Assembly (NCBI GenBank): GCA_947632355.1
Contig: CANROY010000003.1
Location: forward strand, 5,646 to 37,645
Direction: 5' to 3'
Source: an uncultured Bacilli bacterium
GTDB lineage: Bacteria; Bacillota_I; Bacilli_A; RF39; UBA660
DNA: 32,000 nt
In this document: positions 31,724 to 32,000 of the stretch, in pieces
Layout of the letters: each line of letters starts with the position of its first letter
Position numbering within the stretch: position 1 is the first letter of the stretch
Position numbers and translations under genes: made by a program
The notes under the pieces: generated by a model
Database searches by the model: none
What the model saw: only the letters and a program-made list of their open reading frames with translations
What the model was told of the DNA's origin: nothing

Positions 31724-32000
31724 ATGAAAGAAATTAAAACGTTTGAAGAAAGAAAAGAAGAACTAATTAAATTAGGAAAAGAAAAAGGGGTTATTACGTA
31801 TGAGCAACTTGCGGAAAGCCTAAAAGGGTTAGAAGTCGATAATGATTCTTTAGATGAGTTATACAGTGTACTTGTCGAAAACAATATTGAAGTCGTTGGA
31901 GAAGATGATGAAGCAGGTGAGGGTGGAAAATCATTAGAAAAAGATGAACCCATTATTTTAGATGATGCCGAAATTACCAAGGACGTTAATATTAACGACC
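31724..32000 (+). CDS. sigA: RNA polymerase sigma factor SigA/RpoD, 5' partial (runs off the window)
   Basis: ATG 31724 follows the SD AAGGATGTGGA. MKEIKTFEERKEELIKLGKEKGVITYEQLAESL...LDELYSVLVENNIEVVGE is a typical region 1.1 sequence. The dnaG-sigA synteny supports the call. The ORF is absent from the track because no stop lies in the window. Confidence 0.85.
   Translation, partial: MKEIKTFEERKEELIKLGKEKGVITYEQLAESLKGLEVDNDSLDELYSVLVENNIEVVGEDDEAGEGGKSLEKDEPIILDDAEITKDVNIND

Noticed and set aside
1-32000. Alternative genetic code (Mollicutes-like TGA=Trp), suggested by the very low GC content
   Set aside because: Conserved Trp positions use TGG (for example WCGPCK in trxA). TGA terminates well-supported genes (spoIVFB at 14372-14374, the MSL gene at 18757-18759). 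Sporulation genes are also present.

Overview
This is an AT-rich chromosomal segment from a Bacillota (Firmicutes) genome using the standard genetic code: Trp is TGG and TGA acts as a stop. Most of it is a housekeeping backbone with Bacillus/Clostridia-like synteny: mutS, nusB-xseA-xseB-proS, spoIVB, a SPOR protein, radC-mreC-mreD, spoIVFA-like/spoIVFB, rplU-prp-rpmA, rnhC/cvpA/trxA, uvrC and dnaG-sigA. The standout is a complete diversity-generating retroelement (DGR) at about 15.4-20.15 kb, inserted between rpmA and rnhC. Its target gene ends in a 135-bp variable repeat (VR 17321-17455). A template repeat (TR 17649-17783) differs from the VR at 11 positions, and every one is a TR adenine. 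A GC hairpin directly abuts the VR. Downstream lie an HTH gene and a tightly coupled operon encoding a mini-MutS (domain I-like) protein, Avd and a DGR-type reverse transcriptase. A G10 homopolymer separates the only well-placed RBS/ATG of the target gene from its main reading frame, which suggests an ON/OFF phase switch layered on DGR hypervariation. The TR sits in its own hairpin-bounded module, unlike the canonical avd-TR-RT layout. Secondary points are an accessory patch at 0-2.8 kb (orphan RelB/DinJ antitoxin, stand-alone toxin-like ORF, two tandem paralogues), a degenerate RnfC/RnfD-like pair and an LPXTG-type surface protein. No rRNA, tRNA or CRISPR array was seen.
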